Shown: in pieces, positions 23,751 through 34,424 of the stretch
Numbering within the stretch: position 1 is the first letter of the stretch
Layout of the letters: every line of letters begins with the position of its first letter
Assembly: GCA_963822585.1 (NCBI GenBank)
Contig: CAWGIE010000014.1
Coordinates: 1 to 52,307 of the forward strand
Reading direction: 5' to 3'
DNA: 52,307 nucleotides
From: an uncultured bacterium
Lineage (GTDB): Bacteria > Auribacterota > Erginobacteria > Erginobacterales > Erginobacteraceae
Program-made: the position numbers and the translations under genes
The notes under the pieces: model-generated
What the model saw: only the letters and a program-made list of their open reading frames with translations
Databases searched by the model: none
Told to the model about the DNA's origin: nothing

Positions 23751-24610
23751 ATGCGGGTAATCATCGGCGGCGCGACCGGAGATATCCGATTAGCGCTCGC
23801 GCGTGCATAAAAGTTGACCGCCTTGGCGAGTTAGGCGTCGAAATCTCCTGTGCCGATGCGTTCAACGACAAGTCCGTCCTCGACGCGATCGACGTGGCCA
23901 AGCCGGATGTGTTGATCGACCAATCGACATCACTTCCCGCCAGCCCAGATGAGATCATCGAGTGGTTGCCCAATGACACGCACCTACGAGGCGAGGGCGG
24001 CGCCAATTTGCTTTCGGTAGGCAAAACGGTCAGTGTAGCGACGCTACCTCGTCGTTTGCGCGGTTTCTATCTCGATGCTCCGGATGGAGAACTCGCCAAT
24101 GAGACAGCGAAGCTTCGGGTCGATGCAGCGAGCGATATCGGCAACAGCGCGCGACCGGTGAATACGACAGGCAGACTCTGGCGATGATATCGTCTATTGG
24201 TGTCGTCCACGCTACAGCTTCTTCTATGGTTCAGGCACGTGGTACCGACCGGCGCTAATGCGGAACGGGTGCGAAAGCGCGAGTTGGCAGTCATAGGAGG
24301 GGGGACGCCCGTTTGGTCAATCGTCCAAATTGACGATGCTGTCGCCGCCACGGTCTCGGCGCTGATCGCGGAATTGGGCGTCTACTCTCGTGGAAGCCGG
24401 CCCTCTGCCCGTGTCCCAATGGCTGCCGGATTTTGTTCGATGGGCTGATGCGGAAGACGCACCGCGGCTGAGCGTTGAGGACGCTATAAAGACCGCCGGC
24501 GAGGAAGCAATATATTAATTACACCCGCCTGACCGGGGCCTCAAACAGCGGGCGGAGTTGCAACTCGGATTCGCGCCGCGGCCACTCCTGTGGAGGCAAC
24601 GGTCTCGCTG
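23751..24610 (+). pseudogene. NAD-dependent epimerase/dehydratase (atypical SDR), multiple lesions
   Basis: MRVIIGGATG, ADAF..AKPDVLIDQSTSLP, LRGEGGANLL, WSIVQIDDAVAATV, with stops and frame changes. Confidence 0.75.
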
Positions 24611-25055
24611 AGTTAGTGCACTCATCCTTGCATCGCGCAGTGTCAGCAATGGGCGATTGTGTTGCAAAAATCGGGTCGAGAGATCGGGCAAACCTCGATT
24701 CCGTCGCGCAGTATCGACGGCGACGGCGACGGCGACGGAGGCGGGATGATGGGGGATAGCGGACAGCGTCAGCTTTTGAATTCCATGTAGCGTTTCGCGA
24801 GACCGAGAGAAAAGGCTATTCAAACATTAGGCGACGGCGATACTTCATCTTCCCTCGCCGATCAGATCTAAAACGACTTATGAGGTCGCTCCTTCGCGTC
24901 GGCTTTAGGAGCGAGAAAGCATGACCGTAAGACGAACTCCACTAAAAAGGGGCTTCTGTGGCTCGAAACGGAATGATGGTACTAGGCGTAAAATGAATAG
25001 GCACCTCGTGTCATCGTCCCTATCCTCCATCGCCTTAACGTCCCCGGAGCTATCA

Positions 25056-25886
25056 ATGACGAGTACGAACGATAAGCGCACGCATTTCAGAACCCTCCAC
25101 GAGGGTGGCTGTTTCACGATTCCTAATCCGTGGGACATCGGCAGCGCGCGTATGCTGCAAAACATGGGCTTCGCCGCACTCGCCACGACTAGCAGCGGTT
25201 TTGCGTGGACGCGAGGACAAGCCGACTACGCGATCAAACGGGATGACATTCTTGACCATCTTCGCGACTTATCTCAAGCGGTCGATATTCCCATCAATGC
25301 CGATTTTGCATCTGGGTTCGCTTGGAATCTCGAAGCCCTAGTCGAGAACGTCAAGTTAGCGGTCGACACCGGTATCGCAGGATTATCGATCGAAGATCGC
25401 GACGTCGACGAAATCGGCACTCTTTATAGTACCACCGTCGCGCTGGAGCGGATAAAAGCGGCGCGATCCGCGATTGATGAGACCGGCGAAAACGTCATGC
25501 TGGTAGCCCGGACTGAAATTCTTTTAATTGACCCAACCGCGGTAACCGCGGCAATTGATAAGCTCGTTGCGTTCGCGGATGCCGGCGCGGATTGCTTGTT
25601 CGCGCCGGGCGTGACGGCGTCGGTCGATATTCAAGCTATGGTGAAAGCGGTGGCGCCCAAACCAGTGAATATTCTTGTCATGGGGCGCGACTGGACCGTC
25701 GCCAGATTTGCCGATCTCGGTGTCCGGCGGATTAGTGTCGGTGGCGCTTTGGCGGAGGTCGGCTGGAAATCCGTGTTCGAGGCTGCAAAATCGATCAGCG
25801 AGGGACATTTTGATCGTTTGACCGATGGGGCGATCGGAAAGAAACTCAATAAAGCGTTTTCGCGTTCTCAAGATCGCACAAGCTGA
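25056..25886 (+). CDS. Isocitrate lyase/PEP mutase family protein
   Basis: IPNPWDIGSARML, ALATTSSG, PINADF, GLSIED, AGADCLFAPG, GVRRISVGG. Confidence 0.9.
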   Translation: MTSTNDKRTHFRTLHEGGCFTIPNPWDIGSARMLQNMGFAALATTSSGFAWTRGQADYAIKRDDILDHLRDLSQAVDIPINADFASGFAWNLEALVENVKLAVDTGIAGLSIEDRDVDEIGTLYSTTVALERIKAARSAIDETGENVMLVARTEILLIDPTAVTAAIDKLVAFADAGADCLFAPGVTASVDIQAMVKAVAPKPVNILVMGRDWTVARFADLGVRRISVGGALAEVGWKSVFEAAKSISEGHFDRLTDGAIGKKLNKAFSRSQDRTS

Positions 25887-25901
25887 TTATTCGCTTACTC
25901 A

Positions 25902-26084
25902 TCAGTCTAGTTTCAAGTGTGCTTCGGCCCTGCTAAACATCTCCGTTAGCGTTTTGAGGTTTGCTTGCTTGCGCCGCATGTGAAGCGCAATCAAAAACGA
26001 CCTGATTGACGTCTTCTTGATTATCCAGCGCGATGCGATTCTCGCGATGGCGGTGCTAGCTATCTCCTCCACGGATCCCGACAC
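25902..26084 (-). CDS. Small hypothetical protein
   Basis: 60-aa ORF starting directly after the P460-family stop; no recognised motif. Confidence 0.3.
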   Translation of the reverse strand: MSGSVEEIASTAIARIASRWIIKKTSIRSFLIALHMRRKQANLKTLTEMFSRAEAHLKLD

Positions 26085-26086
26085 TC

Positions 26087-26656
26087 CTAGTCTTTAAGCG
26101 GAGGATATCCCGACGAATAAATCCAATCTGTTGATTGCGCCGGAATGTGGCACGTCTTGCAGTCGGTCTTGTAATCGGTCGAAGTCGTCTTGTTCGGCTT
26201 ATCCGCATCGAACCATGACCACACCCACCCGTCGCCCCACAGTTTATTCTCAGGGTGCGCGTTGTGACTGGCCTTGATCATCAAAAACCAACCCTTCAGC
26301 TCATCGGCATGACTGACGGTTCCGGTTGTCATCGCATCATTCTTGGTTGCGAAAACCTCTTTTACGAGCACGGTCCCGTCGGGAAAATGACCTGCTTTGC
26401 GAAAAGCCTCGATGGCGCCAGGCGATACGTAAACGTTGTGGAGCTGCTTAGAGCCTTCCCCGCTTTTGTCGGCGGCCACAGCCCAGCTCCCAAGGAACTG
26501 GTAGGTTGTTTGGTAGTCACTCGGCATTTTGAGATTGCCGGTCGCATCAATCAATTGATCTGCCCGCGAGGTCTCTTGTCCGCTTGAGAAATTGGAAATC
26601 GCCCCTACCGCTAAGACGAAGGCGAACATCGCGAATGCTTGGTGAGCAACTTTCAT
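26087..26656 (-). CDS. Cytochrome P460 family protein, intact
   Basis: Signal peptide, GNLKMPSDY, HNVYVSP, FPDGTVLVKEV, WGDGWVWSWF, C-terminal CKTCH, YPPLK. Confidence 0.88.
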   Translation of the reverse strand: MKVAHQAFAMFAFVLAVGAISNFSSGQETSRADQLIDATGNLKMPSDYQTTYQFLGSWAVAADKSGEGSKQLHNVYVSPGAIEAFRKAGHFPDGTVLVKEVFATKNDAMTTGTVSHADELKGWFLMIKASHNAHPENKLWGDGWVWSWFDADKPNKTTSTDYKTDCKTCHIPAQSTDWIYSSGYPPLKD

Positions 26657-26668
26657 GGCGCGCTCTTT

Positions 26669-27178
26669 CTAATGAAAACGGACACTGATGCGTTGGCGAT
26701 TAAGCAACCAAAGGTACTGCATCCAAACTCCATCCTTCTCGCGCCTTGCTAGTGGCAGGACGCGCATTCGTTGACGGCTCGGAACTTCGCGGTAGGCGCC
26801 CGGCTCCGCGGTGGTTAAAATTATAACAAGCGCATCCGCCCGTGGCCGCATAACGCTTGGTGTCCTTGACGGTGACGTCGCTCCGTTGAGCGCTCCGGGA
26901 CTGCAGCCTTGGCCCGAATTTCCCGTACGCGAACCATCCGGATTATCAGCAGGGAGCGTTCGTTGAAGTTCCTTGAACAAAATATTGACTTCAGGAAGAG
27001 GTTTGTCTTTTTGTAGTTTCCTGGGATCCGGGCTCGATATAGATGTTGTAATGCTCCGGAAAATTTGCGTGTCCTCCTTCGAGGACGAGCGCACTCGGCT
27101 TGGCTTCTCCGAAAAAACCGCTCTAATTGCTGCGCGAATGAACACCATAAGCGAAGCGGCCGTCAGATTGTCTTTCAT
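26669..27178 (-). pseudogene. Second CytL-type cytochrome P460 remnant
   Basis: ILFKELQRTLPADNPDGSRT..PGALNGA, then in other frames VTVKDTKRYAATGG..YNFNH and ECASCH followed by a stop; the N-terminal conserved block is missing. Confidence 0.8.
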
Positions 27179-27289
27179 GAAACGTGCCCTTGACCAGCTG
27201 CGATCGAGAGGCCTATGCGGGCACGTCGAACGAAGCCTGCAACCTCTCGATCACTATCCCTTGCTTTAGTTCAATGGCATCCGCCAAGG

Positions 27290-27314
27290 GTCCTGAAATG
27301 GTCGCCCATCGTCC
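27290..27314 (-). promoter_or_regulatory. Repeated 25-bp motif upstream of the P460 pair
   Basis: Minus strand reads ggacgatgggcgaccatttcaggac. Confidence 0.62.
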
Positions 27315-27884
27315 GAAACTGTGTGTCTCGTCAACTGACTGACATTGATCAATTGATGATCCGAACTCGAAATCATGTACGCGTTGGCTCAGTGTGGACG
27401 AATGGCATGCCCTAAAGCGCCAGTGTACGGCCGAGCGGATCCGGAGCTGTGAGAAGAGGTCTATGAGCATGCCTTTCGCGGCCACAGGCAGATGAAGCCT
27501 GAGCAGTCTAAAATCGATCGACTGCATAAGGAATGGCAACCTGAGAGTGCTTCTACAGCTCTCAGCGACGACACCCGACATTGTCGTATCTAAGTCCGGT
27601 CGACCTCGAAGAACGGTCGATGCTGTCTTGACTACGTGTCCGAATAGCCGGCAACAGGCCATGTGCTTAATCCCAACTATCTTTTGTTAGGGCCGCGTGC
27701 TCCGTCGGTCGATCGTCGAAACAGGTCCAGTTAGTGGTCTCGGGCATCGCGGACGTACATCTCACCCGGGGACGGAGCTAAGTCTGTGCGGGCGATCCGC
27801 GGGATTAGTCGCCTGGTCATAGCGCCAGTGCTGTTGTGAGAAATTCGCACGGGCGGATTGAACCGGAAGCGGTATAGGGCCAGC

Positions 27885-28091
27885 TGCCACACAGTTCATG
27901 TCGACGCCGACATTCGCCCCTTGGCGTTCGGGATATCGATCGAGACGTTCGGATACGTGTTGAGGACCTTCGAATTGCGCGGCTGATCTACGATCCATAC
28001 GATATCTCGAGACGACGTCAAGTGCCTGCCTCGCGGAGTACGCACGCGACGGTATCGAGAACCACTTCGAGGGTGAGGAAAGGAGAGCTGT
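27885..28091 (+). repeat. ~200-bp leader present three times (inverted at ~36124-36335 and ~47145-47375), containing the motif at 27943-27967
   Basis: gcgcggctgatctacgatccatacgatatctcgagacgacgtcaag is reverse-complemented at ~36190-36235; motif reads agacgttcggatacgtgttgaggac. Confidence 0.85.
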
Positions 28092-29181
28092 ATGTCTCGC
28101 AGTATTCTGACGATAGCGGCGGCGGCGATAGCGACGTGCACGCTTAGCGCGGCGGTCCTCGCGCAGTCTCCAACATCACCTGCATCACCCGAAAAGAGGA
28201 TCACAAAGCTATTTCTCACGTCAGGCCAAGTCGATCTTACAAGAGAAGTGGTAAGATTGCCGCTTCATCGCGGTCGCCTTTCCTCCGGAGAGACTGTTTG
28301 GTTCGTTCTGACCGATGTAAGTGATTTGGATACTTCCAAGAAGATGGGCCTCACATGGGCGCCGAGCCTCAGTAAGGCAAAGGACCTCGCGAGCACGCGA
28401 GTTGCGGAAATGGACGAGTCGAACAACTTCACCTTCAAATCGGGGCGGGTTGATTTCTCACCAGTTCAAACGTTGACTGGCAGGAGAGACACCAAATTTC
28501 TTTCCGCCTAAGTCGGCGCAAGCCGGGTCTATCGGAGATGCGCACTACAGCCCGTTGGTTCGAGTAACAAACCGCAACGACATTGTTTTCAACGCTCCCA
28601 TAATCGCGTTCAATGTCGGACCAGAGAAAATCTCGTTCTGCGACGGCAATCCCGATTACTCGATTGTAACCGATTCAGTGGCAAACATTTGTCCTAACAA
28701 GGGCACAGTCGACTTGAAGTTGCGCTTCGGGTTTGCGGACGGCAAGCACTTGCGGTACCTCAGCTTCGACGCAAACTCTGAGAGATCAGCAACGCTTGAG
28801 GCGTCTACCTTTGCGCCTGCCGAAAGCGACATCCTCAAAAGCGGCGCGACGCAGATCATCTACACAATCGTAAATGGCAGGACAGGTCAGAACGACCCAG
28901 AGCGGCAAGGACTCAACAGCGCGCTCAGTGGCGAAGGCCCTTCACTCGACATCCTTGCGGACTTCTCGGAGGTCAGTCCCGGATATTCACCGATGTGGGA
29001 TGTTCAGCTAGCTGAGTGGACCAAAGAGGCTATCGAAAAGAACCAACGAAAACTCATCACTGACGGTGATGACCTTATAACCAAGAGCGAAACGGGCTTG
29101 TTGGTAAGTCCTGGCGGAGGGCCCGTTAAGACGATCGGAAATCTGGTGAATTGTCCGGTCGTGGGTTTCACTAACGAGTAA
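28092..29181 (+). CDS. Secreted ~360-aa protein of unknown function, copy 1; +1 frameshift near 28478
   Basis: AGGAG RBS, signal peptide; colinear with paralog 46087-47144; YSPLV and YSPMW, FCDG..ICP, VNCPVVGF. Confidence 0.8.
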
Positions 29182-29461
29182 TCGTTGCACCTCGAAAGAC
29201 GAATTAGTGCCGATCTATCTTCATCAATGCCGGAGGCCAGGCGCCGAATTGGATTTTTGACGGTGTTCCGGGGATTGATCGCTCTTCAGCGAAGCTCGCC
29301 CGCAGTAGGAAGCAATTCGGAAATCCTCGGTTGAAAATGGACAGTTCGCCGGAGCCGGTGACGATGAGATGTTTCGGGTTTCTTGGTCAAATCTCTGACG
29401 ACGCGCCACCTCCCTCCATCAACCGCTGCGGCGGGCTTTAGACCGGAGTAAAATAATCGGC

Positions 29462-29994
29462 TTGCGCACCACTCCCTCGCGTTACGGCGTCGGCGCCCAG
29501 TCCTTCCATTGGCTGACTGTCATGCTGGTTCTCGATGCCTATCTGCTGAGCAAGGGCGACCGATATTCGCTCTATTCCGCCGCCGCCGACGGCATCCGCA
29601 GGATTCACGAAACTCTCGGGGCGCTCGTCTTCATTGTCGTTGTGCTGCGGCTGCTATGGCGGCTAATCGACGGCACGCCCGAGACGCAACTTATGCCACG
29701 ATGGATGGCTACGGCCGCAAAGCTCGTCCAGTTAGCGCTTTATTCACTCCTCATCGCGATTCCAGCAACGGCGTTACTGGGCACCTGGCTCGAGGGGCTT
29801 CCCGTCACCCTCCTCGGATTCGACGTCGCCCCCCAGATGCGCAGGTGCGTGGACTGGGACAGCTTATAATCGAAATACACACCGTCCTCGGCAATGCCAT
29901 CCTCTGGGTTGCCAGCGTGCATGCAGCCGCGGCAGTCTTCCACCACTTCTATCTACGCGATGAAGTCTTTCAATCGATGGTTCCGGGCGGATGA
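29462..29994 (+). CDS. Cytochrome b561 (CybB/YceJ-like), frameshift near 29840
   Basis: RYGVGAQSFHWL, IHETLG..LRLLWR, IHTVLGNAILWVASVHAAAAVFHHF..RDEV..M: four heme-ligand His. Confidence 0.85.
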
Positions 29995-30423
29995 ATGAAG
30001 TTGTACCGGAGCTGCGCGGCATTCATGAAGTAAACATACTGACTAACAACTCCCCCCTCCCTGCCGATAATCAAAAACATGTCGCGGAGATGAGACATGA
30101 AATTCGTCACGATGACCGCAGGTGTAAGCGTATTTTGATCGTCGCCGGCCCAGCTTCGGCGAAAGTCGTTACCGTCCAGATACCGAACGAAAGCGGGCCT
30201 TGGTGGTTTTCTCTTTGCGAAATGGTCAGAGAGACCGCGAAACGACGCCTTCACAATTGGCTTTGCCGCGGCGTGCCTTTTCGTCTCGCGCGAGAAGCGC
30301 AATGCCATAATTGTTGGACATCTTCTGCGTCCGCCGCTCACGAAGCTGGTAGCTTCTCCCTGCCCGCCATGTCTTGCCGTTGACTGCCGCCATCCGCTTT
30401 TATCGACGAAAGAATAGCCATTC

Positions 30424-32115
30424 ATGGCCGACAATCATCTCATTTTCGACGTCATCAGCCCGACGATCCTTCTACTCCTTTTCGGCATCGTTGCCGTGAT
30501 TGTTTCCCATCAGCTTCGCCTCAATCCAATCGTCGGATATTTGGTCCTCGGCGTGTGCTCGAACTTTTTCGGCCATCCTTTACTCGGCGACGGAGCGATG
30601 GTGGCGACGTTGTCCGAACTCGGCGTCGTCTTTCTGCTCTTCGATGTCGGGCTCCATTTTTCATTTGCGCGCGTGCGCGAGCGCGCCGCGGACATTTTCG
30701 GTTTCGGTCCCCTCCAAGTTCTGCTGGGGACCCTTCTTCTGGCGGTGCTCGGGAGAGCCTGTGGCCTCGCGCTGGGTCCTGCGCTCCTCGTGGGCGTGAC
30801 GCTTGCCCTCTCATCGACGGCGGTCGTCGCGCGGCTTATTGCCGAGCGGCACCAGCAGAGTTGTCCCGTTGGAGTGACGGCAACGGCCATCCTGGTTTTT
30901 CAGGACATCGCGGCTATCGCCCTGCTAATCGTCGTCTCGACTTTCGGCAGCGGGGCAAGTCTTCTTCCCGCTATTGCAATCGCCTTTCTCAAGGCCATTC
31001 TTGCCTTTGCTGTAGCGCTACTCTTGTCGCGTGTCGTCGTCGAGCCATTGCTGACGGCCGTTGTTCGATCACAGAACGAAGAGACATTCACCGCGACGGC
31101 GCTAATGATCGCGCTCTCCGCGGCGTGGGCGACGGCCTATATCGGATTATCGCTTTCGCTTGGTGCCTTTCTCGGCGGCATGATCCTGTCGGAGATTCCT
31201 TATCGCGCGGTGCTGCAATCCGAAATCAAACCTTTCCGGGGATTGTTACTGGGTTTCTTCTTTATTTCCGTCGGGCTTTCGCTCGACGCCGCGACGCTAC
31301 AGCGTGGATGGCTGATCGTCATCGCGATCGCGGTAGCGGTTCTAGCGGCGAAGATCCTATCCAATATGGCTGCAAGCCTATTGTTTCGATGGTCGACCCC
31401 GGGATCCGTACAACTTGGTTTTCTACTCGCGCAGGGATCCGAGTTTGCTTTCGTCATTCTTTCGCTTCCGATAGTGCAAACATTATTGGGCGTTCGCCTT
31501 GCCGCGCTCCTCGTCAGCGCCGTGGCTCTCACACTCGCCGTTACGCCTATGTTCGCCGAGGCCGGGCGTTGGCTGGCCGGTCGTTTGCGTTCGCGTCACT
31601 CGGAAGCGCGCAAGCGAGAGCTCATTCCGCTCGAGGCGGATTCAGATGTATTGTTGGTCGGGATGGGGTCGCGGGGTCGTGTCATCGCCGATGCGATGAT
31701 CGCTTTCGATATATCTTATCTTGCCATCGAGGACGATGAGACGCGACTGCGAGCGGCGATCGCCGATGGCTATGATGTTCTCTACGGCGACCTCAACGAT
31801 CTGCGGTTTTGGGAGGCCATCGCCGTAACAGAGCGCAAGCTCGGCATACTCACCGAACCCGATCTGGAATTTTCCACCGAGATCATGCCCGCGATCACGC
31901 GGCGTTATCCGGGATTGCCGATCATTGCGGTCGTCGACAACGAGGCGGAGGGACGAGCGTTCGCCTCCATAAACCTTCGCCCTGTTATTGACAATCCTGG
32001 GGAGGCTCTTGCGCTTCCCATCGCCATTCTCAGCGAACTCGAAATCGATCGCGAGGCCGCGGCAACTTGGATGCAAAAGAGCAAGATCGATATCCGTTAC
32101 ACTGTCTCCGAATAG
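30424..32115 (+). CDS. CPA2 cation:proton antiporter with TrkA-N domain (Kef-like)
   Basis: ELGVVFLLFDVGL, LSSTAVV, LVFQDIA, LGAFLGG, PFRGLLLGFFF, QGSEFAF, VGMGSRG. Confidence 0.92.
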   Translation: MADNHLIFDVISPTILLLLFGIVAVIVSHQLRLNPIVGYLVLGVCSNFFGHPLLGDGAMVATLSELGVVFLLFDVGLHFSFARVRERAADIFGFGPLQVLLGTLLLAVLGRACGLALGPALLVGVTLALSSTAVVARLIAERHQQSCPVGVTATAILVFQDIAAIALLIVVSTFGSGASLLPAIAIAFLKAILAFAVALLLSRVVVEPLLTAVVRSQNEETFTATALMIALSAAWATAYIGLSLSLGAFLGGMILSEIPYRAVLQSEIKPFRGLLLGFFFISVGLSLDAATLQRGWLIVIAIAVAVLAAKILSNMAASLLFRWSTPGSVQLGFLLAQGSEFAFVILSLPIVQTLLGVRLAALLVSAVALTLAVTPMFAEAGRWLAGRLRSRHSEARKRELIPLEADSDVLLVGMGSRGRVIADAMIAFDISYLAIEDDETRLRAAIADGYDVLYGDLNDLRFWEAIAVTERKLGILTEPDLEFSTEIMPAITRRYPGLPIIAVVDNEAEGRAFASINLRPVIDNPGEALALPIAILSELEIDREAAATWMQKSKIDIRYTVSE

Positions 32116-32723
32116 TTTGCAAAAGCGGAGTCCGCTCGCGAAAAAAGGAATGCTATGTCTTGTAGCCACTGTGTTCATGACCCCGGACTTTGCCGCGTTG
32201 CCTACGCGTTCGGAGAAGCGCGCCATAAGCCTGTTCTCTGTATCACGCACATAACAACAGGTTGGGCCGCGTGGAAGCCGATTGCGAGAAGGACGACTAT
32301 GGCGCGCCGAGCTCACTCAACTTGATTTTGCAAATCCATCAAGAATGGCGCGGGGTAGGAAGCACAGCGCGGAAAAACCATCCACGGAACACCAAGTTCC
32401 CTCCCTGATGCCGATCGTCCAATTCCAAAATCCGTAATTCCCGAGGATCGCGCCCAATGAAACGATCCGACATCGCACGTCGTAACTCTAACGACGGGTC
32501 ATTCCGGAGAGTCGACATGCGCAGTTTTTGAACATTATCCTCAAGGTGCGATCAGGCGCTCGCCAAGATCATTGCCGCGAGCGCGGGGCTTGATATTTCC
32601 GCCGTTGCTTTCGCTGAACATGTCCCTCGCTAGCCATGGCCCCCGGCATGAAGATGTCGAACGGGCATTCCAACGCCGCAGCATTTCCACCAAGCTTACA
32701 AAACGACTGAGGAGACAATTCCG

Positions 32724-33641
32724 ATGAAGGCGATCGTGGTGACGGACCAGGCTGCGGGAACAGCCGGGATGAAGCTGGTCGAGCGGCCGGAGCCGCAGCC
32801 AGCGATAAGCGACGTCGTCGTTCAGGTTCATGCGTCGGGATTTACCTGGGATGAGCTGACGTGGCCGCCGACCTGGACCGATCGCCTAGATCGTGACCGG
32901 ACACCGTCGATCCCTGGGCACGAGCTGGCTGGAGTGGTCACCGCCCTCGGCTATGGCACGACGGGGCTGTCGATCGAACAGCGGGTGTTCGGCCTAACAG
33001 ATTGGACTCGCGACGGCACCCTGGCGGAGTACGTGGCAGTCGAGGCGCGCAATCTTGCGCCGCTTCCCGGCGACGTCGACTTTACGGTGGGCGCCAGCCT
33101 GCCGATGCCCGGCCTAACCGCATGGCAGGGACTGTTCCAGCACGGCCGCCTTCGCGCGGGGCAGAGCGTCCTCGCGCACGGCGCGTCCGGCGTAGTCGGT
33201 TCGATGGTAACACAGCTCGCGCGTGATGCCGGCGCCTATGTCATCGGCACGGGACGCGCCGCCGACCGTCAGAAGGTGCTCGACTTCGGTGCGGAGGAGT
33301 TCGTCGACCTCGAGAACGACGCCCTGGAAGACGTCGGCATAGTCGATCTGGTTTTCGATGTCTTCGGCGGCGACATTGCGAAGCGGTCGGCGGCCCTAGT
33401 TCGTGCCGGAGGAACGCTGGTGACCATCGCGGGCCCGGCCGGCGCACGACCCGCCGAAGGCTTGGCGGTCGACTTTGTTGTCGAGTCCGATCGTGCCCAA
33501 CTGAGTGAGATCGTCCAGCGCGTGCGGGACGGACAGCTGCGGACAAACATCGGAAACGTCTCGACCCTCGACGATGCCGTCGCCGCCTTCAACTCAACCG
33601 AGCGACGCAAGGGAAAGACGATCATCCGAGTTCGTCCATGA
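32724..33641 (+). CDS. NADP-dependent MDR/quinone oxidoreductase, copy 2 (intact)
   Basis: GHELAGVV, HGASGVVG; RBS gaggag. Confidence 0.93.
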   Translation: MKAIVVTDQAAGTAGMKLVERPEPQPAISDVVVQVHASGFTWDELTWPPTWTDRLDRDRTPSIPGHELAGVVTALGYGTTGLSIEQRVFGLTDWTRDGTLAEYVAVEARNLAPLPGDVDFTVGASLPMPGLTAWQGLFQHGRLRAGQSVLAHGASGVVGSMVTQLARDAGAYVIGTGRAADRQKVLDFGAEEFVDLENDALEDVGIVDLVFDVFGGDIAKRSAALVRAGGTLVTIAGPAGARPAEGLAVDFVVESDRAQLSEIVQRVRDGQLRTNIGNVSTLDDAVAAFNSTERRKGKTIIRVRP

Positions 33642-33831
33642 GGATTCGAGGACTGCCAGCTGTTTCTACCCTCCCTTCCCACCTGGATCGTCGCTACCTG
33701 CTCGCCGCATGCCGTCGCCCATAGCGCCGGAGCGCTCGGGGAAAGTGGGCGCGAAAACCGAGCCGTCCGGTGGCCGATGTGCCAAATTTCATATGATTAC
33801 GAATGAAATAGGCAACTTAAGAAAGTCTGCA

Positions 33832-34375
33832 ATGCCCAGAACTGCAATGCCAAAGCCGGAACAGGTACCGGCCAATTCAAAACCGACCCTCGATACGTTC
33901 GACAAGAACATCGGGGTTCACCCCAAATATGTTGGCGACCTTTGCGCTGAGCCCGATCGCGTTCAATGCATGGGCCGCTCTGCGCGGTTCCTTGAGCAAG
34001 GCGCTCGACGTAAAGACACGCGAGAGCATCAGCCTCGCCGTCTCCGAAGTAAATCGATGCAACTACTGCCTGGCGGTTCACAGCTTTGGGGCCAAGCATG
34101 CCAAGATGTCAGCCGAGGAAATCATTCTCGCTCGGAAAGGTCGTGCCAGCGACCCGAAGCGGGACGCTGCCGTCCAGTTGGCGCGTAAAATCATCGAGAC
34201 CCGAGGCAGGGTCGGTGATGGCGATCTGAAAGCCGTCCGCGATGCCGGCTACACGGAGGCGAACGTCATGGAGATCGTCGCGCTGGTGGCTATGTACTCG
34301 CTGACGAACTTTTTCAATAATGTGTTCGATCCCGAAATGGACTTTCCGGCTGTTACGCCGGCTGGCTCGATCTGA
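33832..34375 (+). CDS. Carboxymuconolactone decarboxylase/AhpD-like peroxidase-related protein; +1 frameshift near 33925
   Basis: RESISLAVSEVNRCNYCLAVH (ExxxCxxCxxxH); N-terminus MPRTAMPKPEQVP in the adjacent frame. Confidence 0.88.
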
Positions 34376-34424
34376 ACTCTAGCCGGTCGCATCGACCCAT
34401 TCCGAGGGGCCCTGGAGGAAGAAA

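Noticed and set aside
24716..24738. (GACGGC)n short tandem repeat and nearby TGTGTTGCAAAA IS-like end
   Set aside because: Under four full units, and no transposase or partner inverted repeat.
30555..31739. Long alternative-frame ORFs over the Kef, MDR and MFS genes
   Set aside because: Arg/Ala-rich shadow ORFs of GC-rich coding DNA.
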